Positions 52,182 to 61,780 are shown, counted from the stretch's first letter. The stretch is 64,000 nt of DNA from Desulfotomaculum sp. (GCA_003485325.1 DMZI01000068.1:38553-102552), one strand, 5' to 3'. Numbers and translations: made by a program. The notes: generated by a model not told the origin, from the letters alone.

Positions 52182-53231
52182 TTATCGTGCGTTGAGCATT
52201 TTAACAATTTCCCCAGGTATAATATTAAGTGGCAGCAGGCACTCAGCGCCGCCCTTTTCATAAGCAACCCTGGGCATACCAAAGACAACTGAAGTAGCTT
52301 CATCTTGTGCTATCGTCCTGGCGCCCGCAAGACGCATGGCCAACATGCCGTCAGCTCCGTCGCTGCCCATACCGGTTAGCATAATTCCTATAGCGTTGGC
52401 GCCGACGTATTTAGCAACTGACTGGAAGAGTGTTTCTACACTGGGGCAGTGGCCATTAGTCTCTTCAGTCGAATCGCAGTTTACCTGGTAAATACCTCCG
52501 GATCGAACGACTTTCATCTGTCGTCCCCCCGGAGCAATAAGAACCCTTCCGGCCATCACACGATCTCCCGTTTTAGCCTCCATTACTTCCATAGCTGATA
52601 GACCATTCAGCCTTTCTGCAAAATGCTTTGTAAACCCGGCCGGCATATGCTGCACGACTACTGTGCCCGGCATGGTTGAATGAAAGCTGCTTATGATAGA
52701 GCGTATTGCTTCCGTTCCGCCGGTGGATGCTCCTATGGCAATAACTTTGTCTGTTGATTCAGCCAACGCCCGGCTGGGCTTTTTTAAAGGAACCGGTTGT
52801 GAATTTCTGTTACTTAACAATACATTAAGATTCGTGGAGGCTGCAATCTTTACCTTGGTTCGAAGTTCATTCAACATCATGGTCAAACCACGTTTAATAT
52901 CAGTGTTCGGTTTGGTTACAACCTCTACGGCCCCGGCTTCAAATGCGTCTAAAGTTATGGATGCGCCTTTTTTTGTTAACGCGCTGACTACCACTACAGG
53001 CAAAGGATACTGCGGCATCAAACGGCGTAAAAATTCAATTCCGTCCATCCGGGGCATTTCTACGTCCAGTGTAAGAACATCAGGGAGGAGATGAACAATT
53101 TTATCGCGTGCGATATAAGGATCCGAAGCGGTTCCAACAACTTCGATCTCCGGATCCTGAGAAAGTCCCTTGGTAAGTATTTCCCTGACCAGGGCAGAAT
53201 CATCGACAATCAGAACTTTTATCTTTTTCAT
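52182..53231 (-). CDS. cheB: chemotaxis response regulator protein-glutamate methylesterase CheB
   Basis: 349 aa with a receiver domain (KVLIVDDS...DVEMPRMDG) and an esterase domain (GASTGG, GMGSDG). Confidence 0.93.
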   Translation of the reverse strand: MKKIKVLIVDDSALVREILTKGLSQDPEIEVVGTASDPYIARDKIVHLLPDVLTLDVEMPRMDGIEFLRRLMPQYPLPVVVVSALTKKGASITLDAFEAGAVEVVTKPNTDIKRGLTMMLNELRTKVKIAASTNLNVLLSNRNSQPVPLKKPSRALAESTDKVIAIGASTGGTEAIRSIISSFHSTMPGTVVVQHMPAGFTKHFAERLNGLSAMEVMEAKTGDRVMAGRVLIAPGGRQMKVVRSGGIYQVNCDSTEETNGHCPSVETLFQSVAKYVGANAIGIMLTGMGSDGADGMLAMRLAGARTIAQDEATSVVFGMPRVAYEKGGAECLLPLNIIPGEIVKMLNAR

Positions 53232-53246
53232 CCGCTCACCCTTTTT

Positions 53247-54068
53247 TTAAATTTTTTGGTATATTGCAGGTTTTATATACTTGAAAAAACCAAGGGAACG
53301 GTCTATTGTTTCCGTATGCCCGATAAACAGGTACCCGCCCGGCTCCAGGTAACGGTGAAACCGTTCCAGGAGAGACCGGCGGGTGGGGCTGTCAAAATAG
53401 ATCATTACATTCCGGCAGAAGATAACATCAAACTTGCCTTTAAAAGGGTAACTGTCCTGGATCAGGTTCAGCCTTCGAAAGAGCACCTTATTTTTTAATT
53501 TTTGATGAATCGTCCAGTCGCCATCTTCGACTGAAATAAAATATTTCTGACGGTATGATGGCGGAACTGTTTCCAGTTGTTCTTTTGCATAAGTTCCTTT
53601 TATCGCTTTATCCAGGGAACTGATTGAAATATCCGTGGCTAAGATACTAAAATCCAATCCCTGGACCAAATTATCTAAAATAACCATAGCGGCTGTGTAG
53701 GGTTCTTCACCAGAAGAACATCCTGCGCACCAGACCTTAAGTTCCTTATCACCATTTTTTTCGAATGGTTTGGCAGCTTGGGGCAGCAATGTTTCCTTTA
53801 TAAAGTCGAAGTGGTCTTTTTCACGAAAAAAAAAGGTATGGTTTGTAGATACCCTGTCGATGAGAATTAGAAGCGCGCTTCCGCTTTTTTCCTCAACTAC
53901 ATATTGGTAGTAATCCTTAAAACTTGTAAATCCGCCTTGCTGTAATACATGCTGCAGCCTTCCTGTAATTAAAGCTTGCTTTTGTTCATTCAGGCTAATT
54001 CCAAATTTATTGTAGATCAGACCGCTGATTAATTGGTATTCCTTTTGATTAAGCTGCATTTCGTTCAA
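53247..54068 (-). CDS. cheR: chemotaxis protein methyltransferase CheR
   Basis: 273 aa with the SAM motif VWCAGCSSGEEPY and FCRNVMIYF. Confidence 0.93.
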   Translation of the reverse strand: MNEMQLNQKEYQLISGLIYNKFGISLNEQKQALITGRLQHVLQQGGFTSFKDYYQYVVEEKSGSALLILIDRVSTNHTFFFREKDHFDFIKETLLPQAAKPFEKNGDKELKVWCAGCSSGEEPYTAAMVILDNLVQGLDFSILATDISISSLDKAIKGTYAKEQLETVPPSYRQKYFISVEDGDWTIHQKLKNKVLFRRLNLIQDSYPFKGKFDVIFCRNVMIYFDSPTRRSLLERFHRYLEPGGYLFIGHTETIDRSLGFFKYIKPAIYQKI

Positions 54069-54100
54069 ATAAATTTCCCCTTAAGTCCCTTAAGTATATT

Positions 54101-54138
54101 TTTAAAAAGCAAACAAGGGGAATTTACCCCTTGTTTGC
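54101..54138 (-). terminator. strong intrinsic terminator between the MCP gene and cheR (12-bp perfect stem GCAAACAAGGGG/CCCCTTGTTTGC followed by T5 on the - strand)
   Basis: Read directly, 19 nt after the MCP stop. Confidence 0.75.
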
Positions 54139-54156
54139 ATCAGTTTTAAGGAAGAC

Positions 54157-57100
54157 TTAGAAACGGCCAAAATCAGTGTCGTCTAAAGAAATTATTTCCT
54201 CAGGCCTTAATCTGGAAGCGGCTTTCTTTTGTCCGCTGTTGTTATCCCTCTTGAGTCCTGCCAGGGAAAGCCCTTGCTCCTGTGTGTGCTGCTTTTGAAT
54301 CATCGATTGCAGCATTTGGATCATTTCGGGTGTTATCCCCTGTAGCAGTGCGTTTGCTGCGGGACTGCCGAAGCTTTGTTTTCTAAGCTTGAACTTGTGC
54401 AGGGTTTGTTTTAACTGGATTGCTTGACTGGAAAGTTCCTCGCTTGCCGAGGCCAGTTCCTGCGCACTGGCCATATTCTGCTGGGTTACTTTATCCACCT
54501 GTCCAAATGCATCGCTGATCTGATCGATGCCCAGAGCCTGCTCTTTTGAAGCCGAGGCAAGTTCACCGATAACATCAGTGGACTTTGTAGCTCCGATGGT
54601 TATTTCTTCAAGTGCCCTGGACGTTTCTTCGGCTATTTTTGTGCCGACTTCTGTTTTCTTAATTGAACTCTCAATCATTTCGGCGGTTTCTTTGGCGGCT
54701 TTGGCGCTGCGCTGGGCAAGGTTCCTTACTTCTTCGGCGACTACTGTAAAGCCTTTGCCGTGCTTGCCTGCGCGTGCCGCCTCAACTGCGGCGTTCAGGG
54801 CAAGAAGGTTTGTCTGGAAAGCTATTTCGTCGATTGCCTTGATAATCTTGGATACGTTGGATGAAGATTCGTTGATGTCATCCATTGCCTTGACCATGTG
54901 GGTCATATGCTCGGAGCCTTTTTCAGCGCATTTTACAGACTGGATAGCCAGTTGGTTGATCAAAGAGGCGTTTTCGGAAGTCTGTTTGGTCTGTTTGGAC
55001 ATTTCCTGCATTGAAGAGGAAATCTGTTCAAGCGAACTGGCTGACTCTGTAGCGCCCTGGGAAAGCGACTGGCTTGAATCCGATACCTGCTGAGCACCAG
55101 CGGCGACCTGATCGACCACGACAGTGACCTGGTTTAAAAGGTCATTCATACTGGATATTGTAGTGTTCAAAGCATCTTTGATTAAGACGAAGTCGCCCTT
55201 GTATTCTCCTTCCACCGAAACATCCATGTTTCCCTTGGCCATCTCCTGAAGGCATCTTACCGCCTCCTTCTTGATGATTTCATTTAAGGAATCAAGGCTT
55301 GTATTAAGAGAATCTTTGAGAATGGTATAATCGCCTTTGTAGTCTCCGGTCATTCTCACGTCAAGGTCGCCCTCGGCCATTGATTTCAGACAAGCGACGG
55401 TCTCATTAAGCGGGTTTACTACAGCATCGAGCATATGGTTCATGCCTTCGATAATCTTCCGGTATTCACCCTCATGCTGGGAACCGTCCGCCCTGGTTTC
55501 GAGCCTTCCATAAACACAGGCTGCGGCCAGCATATGCGCGTCTTCCGAACATTTTTGGATGGCCTCCATCGCTCTAGTATATGCCGGTACAAGTTCATCG
55601 TTCTCACATCTGCGAACAACCTGCTTGTATACGATAAGATCATCAAGTATTCCTTTGCTGATATTAGTAGTAGTACTCAAGATTTCCTCCATGCGATAAT
55701 GAACATCATTTGTTGCCAGGGCTAGTTCATTCCAGACGCCGCTGTATTGTTTTTCTATTTTTTTGGTAATGTCGTTTAACGCCATCCTGCCGAGGACGTC
55801 GGTTAATTCACTTACCGGTTCGGCCATAGAATCAAACAACTGGTTCATTCCGTTGAGAATGTCAAGATAAGCTCCCTTAAGGCCGGAAGTATCGCCTCTT
55901 TTGGTGACAACCCCTGCCATCGCTGCCTGCGTAAGCACCTCAATATCGCTGATAACGCCTTTTAACCTGCCTGTCATGGTCTTAAGCGATTTCATCAACT
56001 GGTCGTTTTCGGATCTCACCTTAATATCAACCTCAAGGTTGCCGTCGGCTATTGCCTGGGCAGAGTCGGCTACCTGCTGGGTGGCGTCAATTAAAATGTT
56101 CAGGTTGTTCTTGATTTCATTGAAATCACCCTTGTATTCTTCAGTTATTCTCGGTGGCACGTCCCCTTTGGCGATCCGGTCGACGTACTCGGCTGACATT
56201 TTCAGAGGCCTTACAATTTCGTCTACGGCGTCATTTGTCCCGCGCAGAATCTTGCGCCAGACTCCTTGCACCCGGTTCAGATTAGCTCTTTGTTCCAGTT
56301 TACCTTCCTTAGCTGCTGTTATAACGACGCCTATTTCATCAACAAGGATTCCAATTTGTTCGATAAATGAATTCAGGTTGTTCTTAATCGTGTTGAAGTC
56401 ACCCTTGTACTCATCAGTAATTATGGGAGGTGTGTTGCCTTGAGTCCACCTTTCAATATATTCTGCCGCCAGTTTCAAAGGAGTGGTTAAGGCATCAAGG
56501 GTATCGTTGATCCCCTGGACTATTTTTTTATATCCGGATATTTTATAGTTTTCGGGTTTGCCTCTTGTTTCAAGATTGCCATTATTGGCAGCCTCCATTA
56601 TCTTGCTGATTTCTTCGACTGCTTTTACCTCTTCAGAGATATCAAGCATATATTCCATGCCGCCAACGATATTGCCGTTCCTGTCCACGATTGGCGAGGC
56701 TGTACAGCGGACTGGCAGATCACCGGAAGAAAGCTTTGCCACTGTATCTCCTTTAAATACTCCTTTTTCCTTTATTGCCCTGACAACATGGCAGTTTTGC
56801 GTATTGCAGCAGCCCATGTTGAACAGGTCATAACACTTTTGTCCATGGCATGCTTCTTGTGTTTTACCGACAAGCAAAGCCGCAGCTTCATTTACAAAAT
56901 AGATATTCAGATCATTATCTACCGCTATAACCGGTGTGGGGATCTCGTTTAAAACTTTTGCTTTTCTGTTTATGTTACGCATATTCTTTTCAAGTTCTGT
57001 TATATCCTTGATTAAGCAAATGAAATAGGCTGCTTCTTTTTTACTTTTCTCGGCAAAAACAGGGGCAAGATCACATTCCAGAGTAAACTTCCTGTCACTA

Positions 57101-57384
57101 ATGTTTGCCCGGACTTCAAAGCGTGCTTTCTTACCGTCCGCCAGAGCTTTTTCCAGCAGGCTGTCTTTTGTTTTAATAAATGTAGGTACCTGATTCCCGA
57201 CTATTTTATCTTTAGTATATCCTGCCATTGCTGATAATATCTGGTTTACGTATAAGATGTTGTTGTCTTTCCCGATAATTAAAACAGGAGTGTCAAGTGA
57301 GTCAAATATGGAAAAGTCCTTATGATTGTTTTCAACCTTTTTTCCGTTTGTCTTTTCAGCAGTTTCTTCTGAACCGTTATGCAT
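54157..57384 (-). CDS. soluble methyl-accepting chemotaxis protein: 2 PAS + poly-HAMP-like repeats + MCP signalling domain
   Basis: 1075 aa with no hydrophobic TM segment seen. It has two N-terminal PAS-like regions, several repeats of ...ITxEYKGDFxxIKxxLN..., and a C-terminal [20 protein letters not shown] signalling hairpin. Confidence 0.9.
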   Translation of the reverse strand: MHNGSEETAEKTNGKKVENNHKDFSIFDSLDTPVLIIGKDNNILYVNQILSAMAGYTKDKIVGNQVPTFIKTKDSLLEKALADGKKARFEVRANISDRKFTLECDLAPVFAEKSKKEAAYFICLIKDITELEKNMRNINRKAKVLNEIPTPVIAVDNDLNIYFVNEAAALLVGKTQEACHGQKCYDLFNMGCCNTQNCHVVRAIKEKGVFKGDTVAKLSSGDLPVRCTASPIVDRNGNIVGGMEYMLDISEEVKAVEEISKIMEAANNGNLETRGKPENYKISGYKKIVQGINDTLDALTTPLKLAAEYIERWTQGNTPPIITDEYKGDFNTIKNNLNSFIEQIGILVDEIGVVITAAKEGKLEQRANLNRVQGVWRKILRGTNDAVDEIVRPLKMSAEYVDRIAKGDVPPRITEEYKGDFNEIKNNLNILIDATQQVADSAQAIADGNLEVDIKVRSENDQLMKSLKTMTGRLKGVISDIEVLTQAAMAGVVTKRGDTSGLKGAYLDILNGMNQLFDSMAEPVSELTDVLGRMALNDITKKIEKQYSGVWNELALATNDVHYRMEEILSTTTNISKGILDDLIVYKQVVRRCENDELVPAYTRAMEAIQKCSEDAHMLAAACVYGRLETRADGSQHEGEYRKIIEGMNHMLDAVVNPLNETVACLKSMAEGDLDVRMTGDYKGDYTILKDSLNTSLDSLNEIIKKEAVRCLQEMAKGNMDVSVEGEYKGDFVLIKDALNTTISSMNDLLNQVTVVVDQVAAGAQQVSDSSQSLSQGATESASSLEQISSSMQEMSKQTKQTSENASLINQLAIQSVKCAEKGSEHMTHMVKAMDDINESSSNVSKIIKAIDEIAFQTNLLALNAAVEAARAGKHGKGFTVVAEEVRNLAQRSAKAAKETAEMIESSIKKTEVGTKIAEETSRALEEITIGATKSTDVIGELASASKEQALGIDQISDAFGQVDKVTQQNMASAQELASASEELSSQAIQLKQTLHKFKLRKQSFGSPAANALLQGITPEMIQMLQSMIQKQHTQEQGLSLAGLKRDNNSGQKKAASRLRPEEIISLDDTDFGRF

Positions 57385-57876
57385 TTATTCATCCCCCTCA
57401 TAAAGTAGTCTGTTGGCGTTGAGCAGAATTTTAACTTTATCGCCTACCTTGCCTAAACCCTGGATAAAATTGCTTCTTTCACTCCTCCTTATTTTGGGTG
57501 GCAGTTCTATTTCAGTTTTTGGTATGTCCAGAACTTCAGAAACCCTGTCAACGATTAGTCCTACTGCCTGCTCATTAATATTTATAACAACAATGCATGT
57601 GCGGTCATCATAGGGACGTTCTTCTATATCAAAGCGCAAACGTACGTCCATAACAGGTATAACTTTGCCGCGAAGGTTGATCACACCTTTGATAAAACCA
57701 GGCATGTCCGGAACCTGGGTAATATTCTGAATACCCACAATCTCTGTGACATATCTGATTTCGATGCCATATTCCTCTCTGTTCAGAACAAAGGTGAGAA
57801 ACTTATCCTCCTGGGTGTCTTCATCTTCATAATCTTCCTCAAGCAGATCTGCTTCCAATCTTTCTTTAACGCTCAC
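57385..57876 (-). CDS. cheW: chemotaxis coupling protein CheW
   Basis: 163 aa with a CheW-like SH3 fold pattern (GVINLRGKVIPVMDVR). Confidence 0.92.
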   Translation of the reverse strand: MSVKERLEADLLEEDYEDEDTQEDKFLTFVLNREEYGIEIRYVTEIVGIQNITQVPDMPGFIKGVINLRGKVIPVMDVRLRFDIEERPYDDRTCIVVININEQAVGLIVDRVSEVLDIPKTEIELPPKIRRSERSNFIQGLGKVGDKVKILLNANRLLYEGDE

Positions 57877-57892
57877 AGTCCCACCCCAATTT

Positions 57893-60175
57893 TTAATTAT
57901 TTTCCACGGAACTTATTAAATCTTCAATGTCGAGAATCATACTGATATCACCGTCGCTTAAAATTGCGCAGCCCGAGATTCCTTTCGCATGCCCAAGGTA
58001 GGCCGGTAGTCCCTTAATGACAATTTGCTGCTGACCGATTAATTCATCTACAAATAGGCAGCATTTATTTTCTTCATTGGCTACAATCACTAATATCCCG
58101 TCAGAAAGTTCCTGGCGCAAAGGTTCTATATTATATAGTTCGTGCAGACGAAGGACAGGCAGAAGTTCTCCGCGAACACTTACAATTTCCAATTTATCAG
58201 GTGTATATGTAATCTGATCTGCCCTGGTCTGAAATGATTCTTTTATAGAAACAATTGGGATTATATAACGGGTTTGCCCGACTTTTACGACCATTCCCTC
58301 AATTATGGCAAGGGTGAGCGGGATACGGATAATAAACATGGCGCCTTTTCCTGGCTTGCTTCGGATATCCACCCGTCCTCGCAGCTTTTCGATATTTTTC
58401 TTGACCACGTCCATGCCTACTCCACGCCCTGAGATATCAGAAACTTGTTCGGCAGTTGAAAAACCCGGTTCAAAAATAAGTTTCCAAATTTCTTCATCTT
58501 TTAAATCATTGTCACCGTCATAGATTAACCCGCGTTCAACCCCCTTTTGCAATATTCTTTCCCTGTTCAATCCCTTGCCGTCATCTTCTACGATGATCCA
58601 AACTTCACCTAACGAGTGCTTTGCTTCAATTGTCAACCGACCGGTTTCCGGTTTTCCAACGGCCCTTCTTTCTTGAGGGTTTTCTATTCCATGATCCACG
58701 GCATTACGAATCAGATGTACCAGTGGATCAGAAATATGTTCTATTATTGTTTTGTCCACTTCTGTTTCCTCGCCGATTATTTCCAGGTTGACCTTTTTGT
58801 TTTCCTTATTGGCGAGGTCACGAACCAAACGTACCATTTTACGGAATGTTCCTCCCAGGGGAATCATTCTCATGGACATGGATACTTCTTGAATTTCCCT
58901 GGTTATTTTATCTAACTGGGTTACCGTTTTTTCAAACCTGTCTATTTGAAGGCCTCTCAAAGTTTGGTTGTTAACAACCATTGCCTCGGCGATAACAAGT
59001 TCTCCAACCAGATCCAGGAGTGTATCCAGTTTTTCAACATCAACTCTGATTGCCTGCTGTTGCCCGTGCTGAGGCTGTTTTTCAGGCGCAGCGTTCTCTT
59101 TTTTGTCTTCGATTGCCAACGTCTTTTTTACGGTTTCAGGTTGTGTTTGAGCTTGAGGGCTTTTTTCTTTCTTGTTTTCCGTATCTTCCTCCGTTATTTC
59201 CACCGGCTGAAAAGATGCTGTTTCAACTGATTTTTCGGCAGGAGGAACAATAAGTTTTTCAAGGTGTTTGACCAGTTCATCTATGCCTGGTATTTCAGGA
59301 TCTTTACCATCGTTGATTAAAGCCATTGCGTTACGCAGAGCGTCAACAGCGATTAGCAGGAAAGAAGTAGTTACGGAGTTGCAGGATTGTTTCCCTTCTC
59401 TAATTTCTCCAAGGACATTTTCAACGTGGGAACTTACTTTTTCAAGCTGCTCAAATCCGAGAAAACCAGAGTTCCCTTTAAAACTGTGTATGAAACGGAA
59501 GCAATTATTTGCCAGTTCAAGATCGTCAGGCAGTCCTTCCAATTGAAGCAGAACGTTTTCCGCTTCGTCTAAAAGTTCATTTGCCTCTTCTATGAAACGT
59601 TCTGTAATCTCATTACTGTCAAGGATATCTTCGGAGTTATTTTCGGCAGGAATCTCATTGGGTTCGTTTAAGGGTTGGTTCACCAGTTCTTTTGCTTCAG
59701 TGGCAGGTAAGACGTTGTTTTCTTTTCTTTCAGAATCAACATGATTCCGGCAGGATAAAGAGTTAATTGTCTTTGTTAGTTCATTACCTATTTTTTTAGC
59801 GCTGTCTTCGAAGCCCGTATCGTTTTGCCGTTCATCCAGTACATCCAGAATATTTCTAATCAGGTCAACGGTGCAAATAAGAAGATCAACATGTCCGGGT
59901 TCAATAGCGACCTTCCCTTGACGCAAAATATCCAACAGCGTTTCTGCTTCATGTGTTACTCTGATTACATTATGAAGTTCCAGGAATGAAGCCGAGCCTT
60001 TAATGGAGTGAAATAAACGAAAAACGGTATTAAGGGCTTCCTGATCAATTTTCCCTGAATTAAGGGCGCTTTTTTCCATAATAATGATTTGTGGTTCCGC
60101 ATCATCAAGAAGCTCGCGGCTATCGGCTATAAAAAACCTTAGCAGTTCCATTTTCTCAGCTAACAAATCGTTCAC
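57893..60175 (-). CDS. cheA: chemotaxis histidine kinase CheA with two Hpt (P1) domains
   Basis: 760 aa. Hpt1 has FHSIKGSA (His56) and Hpt2 has IHSFKGNSG (His230). It also has P3 IRVDVEKLD, HATPase boxes (HLIRNAVDHG, DDGKGL, GRGVGMD) and a P5 CheW-like domain. Confidence 0.92.
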   Translation of the reverse strand: MNDLLAEKMELLRFFIADSRELLDDAEPQIIIMEKSALNSGKIDQEALNTVFRLFHSIKGSASFLELHNVIRVTHEAETLLDILRQGKVAIEPGHVDLLICTVDLIRNILDVLDERQNDTGFEDSAKKIGNELTKTINSLSCRNHVDSERKENNVLPATEAKELVNQPLNEPNEIPAENNSEDILDSNEITERFIEEANELLDEAENVLLQLEGLPDDLELANNCFRFIHSFKGNSGFLGFEQLEKVSSHVENVLGEIREGKQSCNSVTTSFLLIAVDALRNAMALINDGKDPEIPGIDELVKHLEKLIVPPAEKSVETASFQPVEITEEDTENKKEKSPQAQTQPETVKKTLAIEDKKENAAPEKQPQHGQQQAIRVDVEKLDTLLDLVGELVIAEAMVVNNQTLRGLQIDRFEKTVTQLDKITREIQEVSMSMRMIPLGGTFRKMVRLVRDLANKENKKVNLEIIGEETEVDKTIIEHISDPLVHLIRNAVDHGIENPQERRAVGKPETGRLTIEAKHSLGEVWIIVEDDGKGLNRERILQKGVERGLIYDGDNDLKDEEIWKLIFEPGFSTAEQVSDISGRGVGMDVVKKNIEKLRGRVDIRSKPGKGAMFIIRIPLTLAIIEGMVVKVGQTRYIIPIVSIKESFQTRADQITYTPDKLEIVSVRGELLPVLRLHELYNIEPLRQELSDGILVIVANEENKCCLFVDELIGQQQIVIKGLPAYLGHAKGISGCAILSDGDISMILDIEDLISSVENN

Positions 60176-60518
60176 GGCTTATCCTTTTCACCCCCCGGGT
60201 TTCCTTTAATATTTATTTAATACATAACAGACGCCAAAAAGAAAAAAAGAGATAAATATTTCATCTCATATATAATCGGCACGTTTTAGTTTTCTAAACA
60301 GTTAAAAAGCAAGTATAGTCAATAAATTTTCGCCTGTTCTTTAATATTTGAAAGATGCGTAAATAGATTTCTTAAATTTGGGAGACTGTTGGAATGCATA
60401 AAGGATTGCATGCAGCAGGGAAGAACACTGATTGCAACAAACAGTGATTACACCTTTAAATAGGCTATAATATTTTTAATACCCGGGCGGCTTTACTTGA
60501 GGTGAGGAGGTTTTACTC

Positions 60519-60704
60519 ATTAAGGAAATACGTGTACGTTATGTAAATCGCAATCACCAGCACCGTTTATACGGTGAGTGTGGTATAGTAATTGTTCGCT
60601 CTAAAGGACCCGGGCCGCGAAATATATTGGTCCGCTTTGACTCAGGTGAATTGGTAGTTGCGCCATGGGGAAACTGGCGCAAAGCAGAAGACAGACGGAA
60701 ATAA
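60519..60704 (+). CDS. possible small protein (61 aa, SH3/KOW-like pattern) with non-canonical ATT start
   Basis: The frame is open from 60501. A GGAGG at 60506-60510 lies 8 nt before the ATT at 60519, and a TATAAT lies at about 60466. The product IKEIRVRYVNRNHQHRLYGECGIVIVRSKGPGPRNILVRFDSGELVVAPWGNWRK looks protein-like. There is no ATG/GTG/TTG near the 5' end. Confidence 0.35.
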   Translation: MKEIRVRYVNRNHQHRLYGECGIVIVRSKGPGPRNILVRFDSGELVVAPWGNWRKAEDRRK

Positions 60705-60743
60705 CAAAAAAAGCTGATAGCAGTTTCTACTTTGAAAATAAGC

Positions 60744-61395
60744 TTTTCATGATTTGTGGCGCCGCTGGCGGCATGGGGAACTATCCTGAAAATAAGTATC
60801 CGATAGGCACGGCAATATCAACGCTCACTCCGGTGCTTAAGCACCGACAGCAGCACGGCTTGCTTCGGACCGGACTAGCGGTGCTGCAAAGGCGGCATGG
60901 CAAATTTTAAAAATATAGCTTCCATTATACTTCTGATCTCATTTAGCCTCTTCAAGAAACTACCAGTGTGCCGCTGGTTTCGCACCGCTGTCCGGTTACC
61001 CTCGCTTCGCCGGCTGCTGTTACCGGCGCTTCGCAAGTCGTTCGCTGTTGACAACACCGTGCCCTTTGGACGGTTTTACTGAATGCTTAATTTTTCATCA
61101 CCTGATGGCGCTGCATTGGCGGCATGGGTGTCTATCCTGAAAATTAATTTGTATTAGGGAGGTCAACTGCTAAGCGTGCTCATGTTCGCCTCTTATACTT
61201 GAACGAACTCGTTCACCCTCGGGCTTAAGTCAAAACTCGGCGCTAATGCGCCTCAAACAATTCCTTCGCTTATCCTCGGGCTCACTTGTTCTTTGAATGA
61301 AGGCTCAAAATCGCGCTTAAGGCATTGCCCTCCCTTTATTGATGAATTTTCATCCTCCTGCTGGCGCCGCTTTAGCAGCATGGATGTTCAACCCG
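60744..61395. repeat. mosaic repeat array: head-a / B-body(rc) / head-b / A-body(rc) / head-c
   Basis: Heads at 60744-60795, 61092-61146 and 61347-61390 share TTTTCATC..CTG.TGGCGC.GC....GC.GCATGG.TG..(TATCCTGAAAAT). The bodies match 27071-27350 and 9821-9960 in reverse complement. Confidence 0.85.
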
Positions 61396-61516
61396 GATAA
61401 TAATACCGACCTTAAAATTATTAGACATGTTTATCATGATCTATGCACTTTTTTACTCCGTATTTCTTGAATAAAACTGGATAAGCTAGAAAAATCAATA
61501 GTTAGGGGGTAAATAG

Positions 61517-61741
61517 ATGCTTTTTATCAAGCCGGAGCAAATATCTCAAATGGGTGTTTTTGATAAGTATGTGAAGAAACCAATACCGATTTTAGCCAAA
61601 CAAATGGATAATTCATTTTCCGTGGATACACTGGAAGGCAAGATGGAAGGGAAACCGGGAGACTATCTGATTATTGGGATAAAGGGAGAACTTTACCCCT
61701 GCGACAGGGATATTTTTGAAAAAACATATTCGAAATTATAA
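61517..61741 (+). CDS. hypothetical small protein (PGDY-motif)
   Basis: 74 aa with an AGGGGG RBS. The motif KPGDYLIIGIKGELYPCDRDIFEKTY is reminiscent of PGDYG-type small proteins. Confidence 0.6.
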   Translation: MLFIKPEQISQMGVFDKYVKKPIPILAKQMDNSFSVDTLEGKMEGKPGDYLIIGIKGELYPCDRDIFEKTYSKL

Positions 61742-61780
61742 ATGCACGGATGGCCCCATTGAGCTGCGTCTGGTAAAGAA

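Noticed and set aside
60262-60305. sigmaD/sigma28-type promoter for cheA (GCCGATTAT on the - strand at 60272-60280)
   Set aside because: The -10-like element is good, but no TAAA -35 lies at the required ~15-nt spacing (the sequence there is GTTT). I kept it only as a note.
60665-61082. ORFs 60665-60910 (+), 60875-61057 (-) and 60897-61082 (+) within the repeat array
   Set aside because: They run through repeat modules whose other copies carry frame-breaking indels (for example CAAAACTCGG versus CAAACTCGG). They have no RBS, and their composition is typical of translated GC-rich repeats.
60744-61395. CRISPR array or OLE/other large ncRNA as an explanation for the repeat array
   Set aside because: There are only three head repeats of ~50 bp, separated by 200-300 bp bodies that are themselves repeated elsewhere. 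CRISPR spacers are unique and ~30-40 bp, and no cas genes are present. Large ncRNAs such as OLE are single-copy, and I see none of their conserved motifs.
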